DNA of 64,000 nucleotides, taken from assembly GCA_963767745.1 (NCBI GenBank), contig CAVYFF010000001.1, forward strand, positions 116,614-180,613, in the 5' to 3' direction. Source of the stretch: an uncultured Acidobacteriaceae bacterium (GTDB taxonomy: Bacteria; Acidobacteriota; Terriglobia; Terriglobales; Acidobacteriaceae). A program made the translations under genes and the position numbers. Below, piece after piece: positions 49,237-58,565 of the stretch (position 1 is the stretch's first letter; each line of letters starts with the position of its first letter). The notes under the pieces are model-generated. The model searched no databases. It saw only the letters and a program-made list of their open reading frames with translations, and was not told the DNA's origin.

Positions 49237-50316
49237 ATGTCCCATCATTTCGATACCAAACTTGCGAAAGAGGATCCAAGCCTGAACGTGTGTGATCTCT
49301 ATCTGTTTCAGGGTGCCCCTGACACAACGGTGATGGCGATGACCGTCAATCCTGATGTCGTCCTCTCTGCACCGGATACCCTTCACACGGAGGGTTTGTA
49401 TGCCTTCCGCCTGGACCTGAATGGTGACGCCCACGAAGACGTTGTCTTCAAGTTCAGGTTCAGCGAACCGAGACATGTGAACGGCGACGAGCATGTCCAT
49501 GTTCAGAAGTTTCAGGTCCGTAGAGCCACTCGCGAGACTATCGGCGGGGACAAGGGCGAGCTTCTGATAGAAGGCGATACGGGCAAAGTCCAAAGCAAGG
49601 GTAGTATTCGCGCCTTCGTCGGAATCGCTCCCGATCTGTTCGCCGCCGACGCTGTCGCAATGCGTGATCTTCAGAATGCCTTCTACAACGAACACAGGTA
49701 TGACGGCGATTCGTTTCTGCGCCATCGCGAAAACTTCTTCCACCATCGCAATATCACTGCGATCGTCCTCGAAGTCCCAAACCATCTGATCGGAAAGGGA
49801 ACGGTTCATGCCTGGGCTACGGTGTCACTTTACGGCCATGCTCCCGAGATGCAGGTTTCACGTTGGGGCCTTCCGATGGTCACGCACCTCTGTCTCAACG
49901 ATCCCAGCGATCAAGAGGTGAAAGAGACCTTCAACAAATCGGTGCCATCCGAGGACATCACTTTATTCTCGGGATACATCGCAGACTATATCCAAAAGAT
50001 GGTTACCTATGCAGGATCTGCCCTGAACCCGGAAGAATACGCAAAGCAAATGGTCTCTCGGCTATGCCCAGACACCTTGCCCTATGAATTAGGAACGGTC
50101 GCTGCATTCGATGTCGCGAGATTCAATGGGAGGCCACTGGGTGATGATGTTCAGGATGTAATGCTTACCTTGGTGTCAAACAAGCCCATCCAGGACGGCG
50201 CTGCCCCTGATCGCAATCGCATCCGTACTGAGTTCCCCTATTTTGGTGAGCCCTACTCGAAGGAAGAACAGAAGGAAGTCGTACCCTGGCACCCGAGACG
50301 GGCCCAGGCTTCCTAA
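49237..50316 (+). CDS. DUF4331-family protein
   Basis: 359-aa ORF after GGGAGGAAACT. The N-terminus MSHHFDTKLAKEDPSLNVCDLYLFQG matches my memory of DUF4331. There is no signal peptide. Confidence 0.6.
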   Translation: MSHHFDTKLAKEDPSLNVCDLYLFQGAPDTTVMAMTVNPDVVLSAPDTLHTEGLYAFRLDLNGDAHEDVVFKFRFSEPRHVNGDEHVHVQKFQVRRATRETIGGDKGELLIEGDTGKVQSKGSIRAFVGIAPDLFAADAVAMRDLQNAFYNEHRYDGDSFLRHRENFFHHRNITAIVLEVPNHLIGKGTVHAWATVSLYGHAPEMQVSRWGLPMVTHLCLNDPSDQEVKETFNKSVPSEDITLFSGYIADYIQKMVTYAGSALNPEEYAKQMVSRLCPDTLPYELGTVAAFDVARFNGRPLGDDVQDVMLTLVSNKPIQDGAAPDRNRIRTEFPYFGEPYSKEEQKEVVPWHPRRAQAS

Positions 50317-50331
50317 GGCGGTCGTGGAATT

Positions 50332-51990
50332 TCAAACGCGGGTAAGATCAGGCACCCCGGTGAGCGCCAGGTATTGATGGATGAACGCAATCGACATGCT
50401 GCCTTCGCCCACACCACTGGCTACACGTTTGATCGAACCGTGACGAACGTCGCCCGCGCAAAATACCCCCGGCAGGCTCGTCTCCAGAGGAAACGGCTCT
50501 CGATCGAGAGGCCACGCGGTCAGATCTCTTCCGGTGTAAATATAGCCTTTGGCATCACGCTCCAGGGCTATGGGAAGCCAGGATGTGTTCGCCGTCGCGC
50601 CGATCATCAGCAACAAGGCGTCAGCGCTACGCGTAGTGGAAACTCGTTCACGAGTGGTGGTTACGATCCGCTCCAGTCGCTCTCCACCAAGCGCTTCTGT
50701 AACCTCTGTCCATGGTTCGATGCGAATGTTGCCCTTGCCCGCGATCTGCGCGATCAGGTATTGCGACATACTCGCGGCGAGTCCGGCACCACGCACCAGC
50801 ATGATTACTTCAGCAGCATAGTTAGAAAAGAAAACAGCCGCCTGGCCGGCCGAGTTACCCCCTCCGACCACGAATACCCTCTTCCCAGCTAGACTATGGG
50901 CCTCCTGACGAGAGGCGCCGTAAAGTATTCCACGGCCAAGCAGGCGGTCCAATCCCGGGACTTCCATCCGATGCCACTCGACGCCGGTTGATAGCAACAC
51001 AGTGGGAGCCAAAATGTGCTCTCCGCCATCCAGTTCCAGGCGATAGCCCGTATCGGCGACGAGCACCGCTTCGATCCAGCGTGTCACCGCAATCTCCGAG
51101 CCGAAATGGCGTGCCTGTTTGAGTGCGCGCTCGGTGAGTTCATCACCGGAAATGCCGGTAGGAAATCCCAGGTAGTTTTCAATCCGGGATGATGTCCCGG
51201 CCTGTCCTCCGGCGGCCGAGCGTTCGACAATCAGCACCTTTAACCCTTCCGAAGCTCCGTAAACTCCAGCCGCCAGGCCGGCCGGACCTGCGCCCGCAAT
51301 CACAACGTCATAACTCTTGTCCTTTGGCACGGTCTGGAAACCCAGCGCTTGTGCCACCGTGCGGACAGTCGGAGTCACCAGTTCCGTCGCACCGTCGACC
51401 ACGACGGCCACTCCATCGTTCGCTCGCGGAACGAAGGAGGAAGAACGCTCCGGCTCAAGTTCGCTATCCACCCAGTCATACTGCACCCGATTCGCGGAAA
51501 GGAAGCTGCGGATAGCCCGGCAATGCGCGTCATAAGGGGATCCCACCAAGAGAACTCGTGAGGAGGGGGTCTCCTTTACGTACTGTGGCGCCATCGAGAG
51601 TCGCTCCGTCATCGTCTGAAAAATGGCTGTGCCGCAGGAGGCGGAATCTCGAATCAACTCCTGAAGTTGCTGTCGGTCGAAACGCGCCAGGCGGCAGCGA
51701 GTTACGGCCAGCACGGAGACGATATTTGCTGTGCCCAGGAGAATTGGAATCTCGCCAAAAAACTCACCCGCCTTGAGTGCCTCAAGCTCCCGGCGCTGGC
51801 CCACAATATCTTTCACTACCTGGAGTAAGCCTTCGAGAACGACAAAGAAACGAGGATCCTCGCCTTCCCGTATGACCCAGTCACCGTCTTCCACGTGGAT
51901 ATCCGCAGCCTTTTGTGCGAGTCTTTGGCGCGCGGGTTCGTCCAGAACCGCGAAGAGAGGAATGGGCGCCAGTTCTGCAGCAGTGATCAC
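50332..51990 (-). CDS. cyclic-nucleotide-binding domain fused to thioredoxin-reductase-like FAD/NAD(P) oxidoreductase
   Basis: 552-aa ORF. The cNMP motif is GEFFGEIPILLG. The Rossmann motifs are DVVIAGAGPAGLAAG and VFVVGGGNSAGQAA, and the C-terminal motif is GVFCAGDV. No CxxC occurs anywhere. Confidence 0.8.
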   Translation of the reverse strand: MITAAELAPIPLFAVLDEPARQRLAQKAADIHVEDGDWVIREGEDPRFFVVLEGLLQVVKDIVGQRRELEALKAGEFFGEIPILLGTANIVSVLAVTRCRLARFDRQQLQELIRDSASCGTAIFQTMTERLSMAPQYVKETPSSRVLLVGSPYDAHCRAIRSFLSANRVQYDWVDSELEPERSSSFVPRANDGVAVVVDGATELVTPTVRTVAQALGFQTVPKDKSYDVVIAGAGPAGLAAGVYGASEGLKVLIVERSAAGGQAGTSSRIENYLGFPTGISGDELTERALKQARHFGSEIAVTRWIEAVLVADTGYRLELDGGEHILAPTVLLSTGVEWHRMEVPGLDRLLGRGILYGASRQEAHSLAGKRVFVVGGGNSAGQAAVFFSNYAAEVIMLVRGAGLAASMSQYLIAQIAGKGNIRIEPWTEVTEALGGERLERIVTTTRERVSTTRSADALLLMIGATANTSWLPIALERDAKGYIYTGRDLTAWPLDREPFPLETSLPGVFCAGDVRHGSIKRVASGVGEGSMSIAFIHQYLALTGVPDLTRV

Positions 51991-52167
51991 GTAGTCTTTC
52001 CCCGCTCCACCTAGGGTAGGCCTTTTTTCTTCAGGATCTCGCCATAGTTTTCTCAGCTTGGCCTGTAGTTGAGCAGGAAGCGCTAAGAAAGCACGAGAGA
52101 TTGCAGGCGCCGGAGGCCCGGCATTCCTGTACAGTTATGTGTCGAGCCTCCTAAAAAGGAAATTAAA

Positions 52168-54105
52168 GTGTCAAAACACTGCCCCCACCTGGACAAAATT
52201 CTCGGTCTCAATCAGTCGATTTCGCGCCGCGACTTTCTGGAAGGGGCGCTCGTCGCCTCCGCCGGTTTGGCCGTGACCTCGTCTCCCCTCGAACTTCTTG
52301 CGCAAGCAAATGCGCCTGCTCCCGTAGCCTGGAGCGGGTACACCGGCGAGGGCGACTACAAAAACTCCGCGGGCAATAGCGAGCAGGTCGTGCACAACGC
52401 TCACGCGGTGCGTGACGGCGCGTATGATCAGGTTCCTTCGCAAATCACGGATACCGGTGAGATCTACGATTGCGCCGTCGTCGGAGGAGGTCTTTCCGGC
52501 ATGTCTGCGGCCTTGTTTTTCCATCAGAGAACAGGGGCCAAGCGCAACTGTATCGTGCTCGACAACGCGGCCATCTTCGGTGGTGTGGCCAAGCGCAACG
52601 AGTTCGAAGTCGACGGCCATCGTCTCTATGCTGCCCAGGGATCCGTGCACTTCCAGCCCCCTTACCCGAACAGTTTTTTAAGCACCGTCTACGACTCGAT
52701 GGGGTTGGATTGGAACGCCTTCAAGTCCTACCAGGATTGGCAAGGGCCTTCTCCGAAGATGTCTTTATCCAGGAGCACCTACGGCGTAGGCACGATCGAC
52801 GGCAAACCTGCGTATGGCTTTTTCTTTGGCGCGAAGTTCGGTCATCGCCCGGGTATTTGGGTAAAGGATCCCTGGGGAAACAATCTGGAGGGCACCCCTT
52901 TCTCGGAAAAGACCCGCCAGGAATTGCTCACCTTGCACCACAATCGGTATATCGCGCCGCCCCTGGTCTACGACTATCCCGGCGACGCGGTCTCCCGTCA
53001 GTTAGACAGCATGACCATCGAAGACTACCTGGTGCGCACCTATGGAGTGAGCCGGGAGACCATACGCCTGGACAGGGCGGAAGTCGCAGATGGATTCGGT
53101 CTCGGCCCTGACGTGTTGTCTGCCTTTCTGATTTACGAATGGGAGAAAACCGTTCCCACCGTCGATAACAGTATGGAGACGGGCATCCAGATGTTTCCCG
53201 GCGGAAACTCGGGCATGATGCGGCTGATGGTAAAAACGCTCATCCCGGCAGCCTTCGACGGCCCACGGACCATGGAGGCGGTCTGGAAGAACCCAATCAA
53301 TTTCGACGCCCTGGATGCAGCAGACCAGCGTGTCCGCGTGCGGCTCAGCTCCACCGTTGTGCGCGTCGAGCATATGGGAGAGCCAAACAAGTCGGAGTTC
53401 GTTTCGATCGTTTACGTAAAGGATGGCCGCCCGCAACGCATCAAGGCCAGGACGGTGGTGATGGCCGGCGGCGGATGGATGACGAAGCACGTGGTGCGCG
53501 ATCTGGACGAAACGCGGCGTAACGCGTATGCGCAGCTTCATTATTCGCCCTACCTTCTTGCCAACGTGGCGGTTCGCAACTGGCGGTTCCTCTACGATCT
53601 TGGCCTCTCCAGCGGGAGCTGGTTCGAGGGGTTCGGCAACTTTGTCAATGTACCTACGCGTGCGAAGTTTGGTGTGGATACGCCCTTCGTTGGCCCCGAT
53701 CTTCCCACGGTGCTTAACTTCGAAGTAGGCTTTCAAAAACCGGGGCTTCCGTTGGCCGACCAGGGCAGCTTGAGCCGTGCGGAACTGCTCTCGACCCCCT
53801 TCACGGAATACGAAAAGCAAATACGCGAGCAGATGACGGACATGTTCGGGGCTTCGGGCTTCGACGCCAAGCGCGACATTGCGGGAATCGTTCTAAACCG
53901 CTGGGGCCATGCCTTTATCAATCCCCAGCCGGGCTTTTTCTTCGGTCTGAACGGAAATCCTGCTCCGCGTCAGGCCCTCCGCGACGGCCCATTTGGAAGA
54001 ATCGCCTTCGCGCACTCAGACCTTTCCGGCGCCATGGATCATCGAAACGCCTTCATCGAAAGCAACCGCGCAGTTAGCCAATTGTTAGACCGGGTGCTCG
54101 TTTGA
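52168..54105 (+). CDS. TAT-signal FAD/NAD(P)-binding oxidoreductase (amine-oxidase/spermidine-dehydrogenase-like)
   Basis: 645-aa ORF with the twin-arginine motif SRRDFLEGALVASAGLAV and the dinucleotide motif DCAVVGGGLSGMSAA. The specific function is not supported. Confidence 0.6.
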   Translation: MSKHCPHLDKILGLNQSISRRDFLEGALVASAGLAVTSSPLELLAQANAPAPVAWSGYTGEGDYKNSAGNSEQVVHNAHAVRDGAYDQVPSQITDTGEIYDCAVVGGGLSGMSAALFFHQRTGAKRNCIVLDNAAIFGGVAKRNEFEVDGHRLYAAQGSVHFQPPYPNSFLSTVYDSMGLDWNAFKSYQDWQGPSPKMSLSRSTYGVGTIDGKPAYGFFFGAKFGHRPGIWVKDPWGNNLEGTPFSEKTRQELLTLHHNRYIAPPLVYDYPGDAVSRQLDSMTIEDYLVRTYGVSRETIRLDRAEVADGFGLGPDVLSAFLIYEWEKTVPTVDNSMETGIQMFPGGNSGMMRLMVKTLIPAAFDGPRTMEAVWKNPINFDALDAADQRVRVRLSSTVVRVEHMGEPNKSEFVSIVYVKDGRPQRIKARTVVMAGGGWMTKHVVRDLDETRRNAYAQLHYSPYLLANVAVRNWRFLYDLGLSSGSWFEGFGNFVNVPTRAKFGVDTPFVGPDLPTVLNFEVGFQKPGLPLADQGSLSRAELLSTPFTEYEKQIREQMTDMFGASGFDAKRDIAGIVLNRWGHAFINPQPGFFFGLNGNPAPRQALRDGPFGRIAFAHSDLSGAMDHRNAFIESNRAVSQLLDRVLV

Positions 54106-54169
54106 TAGAGGAATGGAGCAATGAATCGTGGCCCATCCCAATTTTGTCCCTTCCAGGAATCGTGGGTGC

Positions 54170-54202
54170 CCCATATCTCGCTCGTTTTTCGCGAGATGTG
54201 GG
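54170..54202. repeat. 12-bp-stem hairpin repeat CCCATATCTCGC-N9-GCGAGATGTGGG
   Basis: Read directly. It belongs to the composite repeat region between convergent genes. Confidence 0.7.
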
Positions 54203-54280
54203 ATACCACGAACCTTAACCTTTTTTCGGCCTTCAGAAAGAAGCACGTAGAGCGAAAGAGATATGGGCCACCCGTAATTC

Positions 54281-54520
54281 AGGTTGCGACGAATTTGGAC
54301 AAGTCTGTTCGAAGTAGCCCAACGGAGTCGTCCTGAATGACTTTCAGAACTTTCAGACGCTCCTTCGGGACTGGACCGCACGGGGCTGTCCAAGTTAGTC
54401 GCAACAAGCTTTCGCTCTGTATCAGGGCACGACTTCAGTCGTGCCACCCCCCGACCAAACGGTCTGGGCTTTAACCCCTGCGACCGCAAAATGGTGGGGT
54501 ACTTTTCGAGTATCCTCGTC
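54281..54520. repeat. composite palindromic repeats (long inverted arms, GGCACGACTTCAGTCGTGCC hairpin, family C unit)
   Basis: The arms GGTTGCGACGAATTTGGAC (54281-) and GTCCAAGTTAGTCGCAAC (54388-) are complementary. The family C unit GGTCTGGGCTTTAACCCCTGCGACCGCAAAATGGTGGGGTACTTTTCG recurs at 58100-58147. Confidence 0.75.
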
Positions 54521-54692
54521 ATCCTATGTCCCCATCTGTGGGCATAAGGACTTGGCACTTTGGGCAAACAGAGCCACGCTATGTTTCAAAAGGTGGTTTG
54601 CTGTCGTAAAAGCTGCGCGAGCAGACAGCATTCCGCACGCGATAGCGTCTCAACGTCGTAGTTCACGACGGTTGCTCTTTGGATTTCCGTTG

Positions 54693-57600
54693 TCAGTACT
54701 CCAGTGGACGTGCTGTGTGGAAATTCCATCGTATCGTCGTGTTTTCCCCGGGGTTTTTCCGAGCCGCCCCTTCCGGACTTGAGGTTATAAGAGCGGGAGC
54801 GTTCACGATGTAAAGCATCCCCGACGGTCCGGATATCGTTTGGCCCTGGTTGGTATCGGTGGCAATGGCAAGGCCCGACGCGCCCCACCGAATCAGGTTC
54901 ATCGGCTGGCCCACAATTCCGTTCAATGCAAGGCTGCCCACTGGCGCAAATGTCTTCTGATTGTAGGAGGCAATCGTGTACTCCCCTTGCGACACCGGGC
55001 TCGTCTGGTTCGTCAGTTGAAGGATAAAAACCGTATTCGTCGAGGAATCAGGCGCGGTCCATCCGAATGACGTCCCAAACTCGCCCAACTGCCCCCCGGT
55101 GACAGGATCGATGATCAAGCCATTGTCGTCGTAGATCAGGCCAGTCCCGTAGTCATAGTGAATGTCGGAGAAGAAATTCCAACTGAACCAATCGGGATTC
55201 GCATCCAGAACCGGGCTGTCCACCCCTCCACCTACATAGGCATCGTAGGTTACTCCTTGCTGGTTCACGCTCAGTTTGTACAAATCGAAATCGGAGACGG
55301 ATGTATCGGCCGCATAAATTGTCGCGCCGTCAGCGGCCCATTGGATGCTGTCGTAATAATTCAGATCGAGCGCAGTGTTAGTCCCTGGCAACGTGGCCGG
55401 TCGGGGTACGTTGTTGTCAAAAATCGTCAGGGTCCCGTTGCTCTTGGTCTGCAAATATTCGCGAGTATTGTTCAGCATCACAGCGGTGCCTCCGGCAACG
55501 GCCACAGTTTGCGATGCAACAGGAGACGGCTGCAGGTCGACTGCCATAAGCGGCCCATTCGCAGGGAGCGTTCCCAACGGCCACGTGAGCGGTGAGTTCA
55601 AATCGGGCAATTGCAGCCGGGTAACGAAGCTCGACGCCATGTATCCGACGTACAAATAGGAGCCGTCCGCGGTCGTCCGCACCAGCCGCGGATCGGCGCC
55701 CACAAGCGCGCTCTTCACCACCCCTCCCGTCGCGGGATCGACGGCAACAATCGAGTTCGGATAGTTGAGATCGCTGCTGCCGACTGCAGCATAAAGCAGA
55801 CCGCTCTTCGCGTCCCACGCCACATCGTAAGCGGCAAGGTTGAGCGCGGTCAGCCCCATTCCAGCGGGAACAATGGTAAACGCCAGCTGAGCTTCGCTCG
55901 GCGCCGCGCCGCTCCCGTTTGAAACCGTCACTGTCGCCACGCCAGGACTGGTCAGGTCCGACGCCGGCACCGTCGCCTGCAACTGCGCCGGACTCTCATA
56001 ATCGGTTTTCAACGTCTGCCCGTTCCAATAAACCAACGCGCCGGGCGTAAAATTCGCCCCGCTCATCGTCATCGTCACATCGGCGCTTCCGGCAGTTACA
56101 CTCTGTGGGCTAATGGCCGTCGGAGCCGGCATCACCTCGGTTCCTGCCCCGTTGGTGAAATCCGGTGTCGCCGCCCCGTCCACGAAATTGCCATCCACTA
56201 AATAAAGAGTCGAAATTTGATTCGTGTTCTGCTGTGCGACTGCGTTAAAGGCCAGCCCTGCGTTTCCCCAGCGAATAAACTGCTGCGGCGTGCCGTTGGA
56301 TTGCGGAATCGTAAGCGAGTTGAGAAGGTGAAATGTTGACTGGTTGTAGACTCTGATCGTGTACCCCGTGCTCAACTCCCATTGGTCTTCGGTCTGACCC
56401 AAAATAAACACCAGACCTTGCGCCGAATCCACAACACAAAGGGTGCTGAAGTTGGTTTGTGTGATGATCCCCTGCAGGTTGTAGGTTCCCACCAGGTTGC
56501 CGGTCGCCGGATCCACCACACGGCCGTCATCGCCATATAAATAACCTGTCGTCACATCAAAGTGAACGCGCTGTTGGTTGGCACGAACCTCGCTGAACTC
56601 ATACGGGTACACCGTCGCAAGGGTCACGCCAGACCTGTCCACGCCCATCACATCCAGGCCCCACGTCCCATACTCGCCCTGGTTTCCATAAAGCGTCGTT
56701 TCGTCGGCGCCCCACTCAAGCGCGGTAAGACTATACGTCGACGAGCCAGGCCCAGCCGGGCGTGGCGTAGCATCGTCGTAAATCGTCACCCCTCTCGACG
56801 AGAAACCGCCAGAGCCCGGATCGCTCAGGAGCACCGCGACGGTGTCAGCGCTGCCCGGCGCGGCGCGCAGTGACATGGCTGTCTGCATTTGTGGACCAAA
56901 GCTTGGCAATGTGAATTGGAGGTTCGGCGTCAGCGCCGGCAGAGCAAATCGTTGCACAGAGCCTGTGCCGTCCTGGCCCACCCAAAGCTCCGAGCCATCT
57001 GAAGTCACAGTCAACTGATTTGGATTGCTGCCCGCAGCGACGGGCGCACTCGTTACCGCTGTTACGGGATTGACCGCAACCAGGCTGCCGGCTGATCCGC
57101 CCGCCCCTGGAACGCTGGCATAGATCGGCCGGTGCGTGGCATCCCACGCGATGTCGTTCGCGGCAAGTGGGATTCCAAGCACTCTGGTTGCGCCGGAGTA
57201 GATGGTGAACGGTTGGCTCCCCGATGTTCCACCGCCGGAGACGGGTTCTGCACCTGGACACTCACCGTGGATGCTGTCGTCAAATCACTCGCGGGAATCT
57301 GTGCCGTGACCCCGGTCGAGCTAACAACCGTTGTGGAGAGCGGCGTCCCGTTCCAGACAACCTGAGCTCCCTGCACGAAGGAAGAACCGGTCACTGTAAT
57401 GGTCGTGGCAGGGTCACCTGTGGTGGCGCCGAAAGGCGATATGGCCGTGAGCTGTGGCGTGGGATTGTCAACCTCCAGATTGGTTGGCGTGCCGGAGCCG
57501 CTATTTATGGATCCATTCGACACCACCACCGTCAATTCTGCTGCGCTTGCCAGCTGATTTGCCGGAACTATGGCGGTCGATTGCGTGCTGCTGACGTAAG

Positions 57601-57922
57601 TTGTGGTCTCAGCGGTGCCATTCACCTGGACTACGCTTGTACTCAGAAATCCTGAACCGTTCACAGTCAGCGTCAGAGCGCTGGATCCTGCAGGTACCTT
57701 GGCCGGGTTGATCGACGAGATAGCCGGTGCCGGAGTGGTGCCTCCTCCGGAGGATCCTGCTGAGCTTGATCCACCGCCGCACCCGTTAAGGCAAACAACC
57801 AATCCGAATGACAGAACAAAACCAGAGAAACGGCTCGAAGACAGATGCAAGCACCAGCATGGTCGTGCTTTCACAGAGGTGACCCTGCCTTCCCGGGTGG
57901 TCGTGGCCTGAACTGCAATCAA
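54693..57922 (-). pseudogene. large IPT/TIG-domain cell-surface lipoprotein, one frameshift near 57240
   Basis: ORF 57062..57922 has the lipobox ..VVCLNGCGGG and three IPT-like units. It continues from ..VSVQVQNP into VSGGGTSGSQPFTIYSGATRVLGIPLAANDIAWDA.. of ORF 54693..57182. The downstream part is two homologous ~370-aa modules separated by another IPT unit. Confidence 0.65.
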
Positions 57923-58074
57923 CCAGCATAAAACAGAGAAGTATCCCGTTCACAATCCCAGATTGGTAATGGGTTTGGAGGTTACCTCACGAGGGAAACA
58001 CGATTGCAGGTCAGGGGCGACGGGGACGAAACGTACCCCAATGGATGAAGGACAGCACGCTACGGAATGAGTCT

Positions 58075-58150
58075 TCCTGCTTTGTATCAGACCAAAATAG
58101 TCTGGGCTTTAGCCCCTGCGACCGCAGAATGGTGGGGTACTTTTCGTGTG
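58075..58150. repeat. family C repeat copy
   Basis: TGTATCAGACCAAAATAGTCTGGGCTTTAGCCCCTGCGACCGCAGAATGGTGGGGTACTTTTCG matches 54420-54520 but lacks the GGCACGAC hairpin. Confidence 0.8.
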
Positions 58151-58565
58151 TTCGACTTTCGGCCAAGCGACGAGAAGGGCGTCTCGATTACTAATCGTGT
58201 CGTGCTGGAGGTCAAAGCGTCTTATCCTCGCTACTCGTACTGAGTAGTGATTTCCGGAATTGGCGACCATCGGCTCATGACGAAAGAGGAAGGCTCCATC
58301 CAATTGGCGGGCGCGATGTGGACCCTCCGTGGTGCCTGCAAAGTCTCATTCCATCAACTTCCCTCAGCCAGACCAGTCTGGCAGGCAAGTTACAGAGAAT
58401 CCGGTTTTCAAGGAAGCTGATCACAGCTCGTGGCGGGTGCTCTCGCGTTTTTTAGTCGAGTGGGTCGCTCGCTGCGGTAGACATTTTTATCGGTTTGCCT
58501 GGGAGGGCTGGAACGCCTCGCGCGTCTAAATGCAGCACGCGAAGCGTACCCCTTGTTCTTGTCGA

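Noticed and set aside
54085-54567. 160-aa minus-strand ORF containing ..IPHLAKNERDMGHPRF..
   Set aside because: It is composed of the hairpin and repeat elements of the convergent gap. Such peptides are translation artefacts of the repeats.
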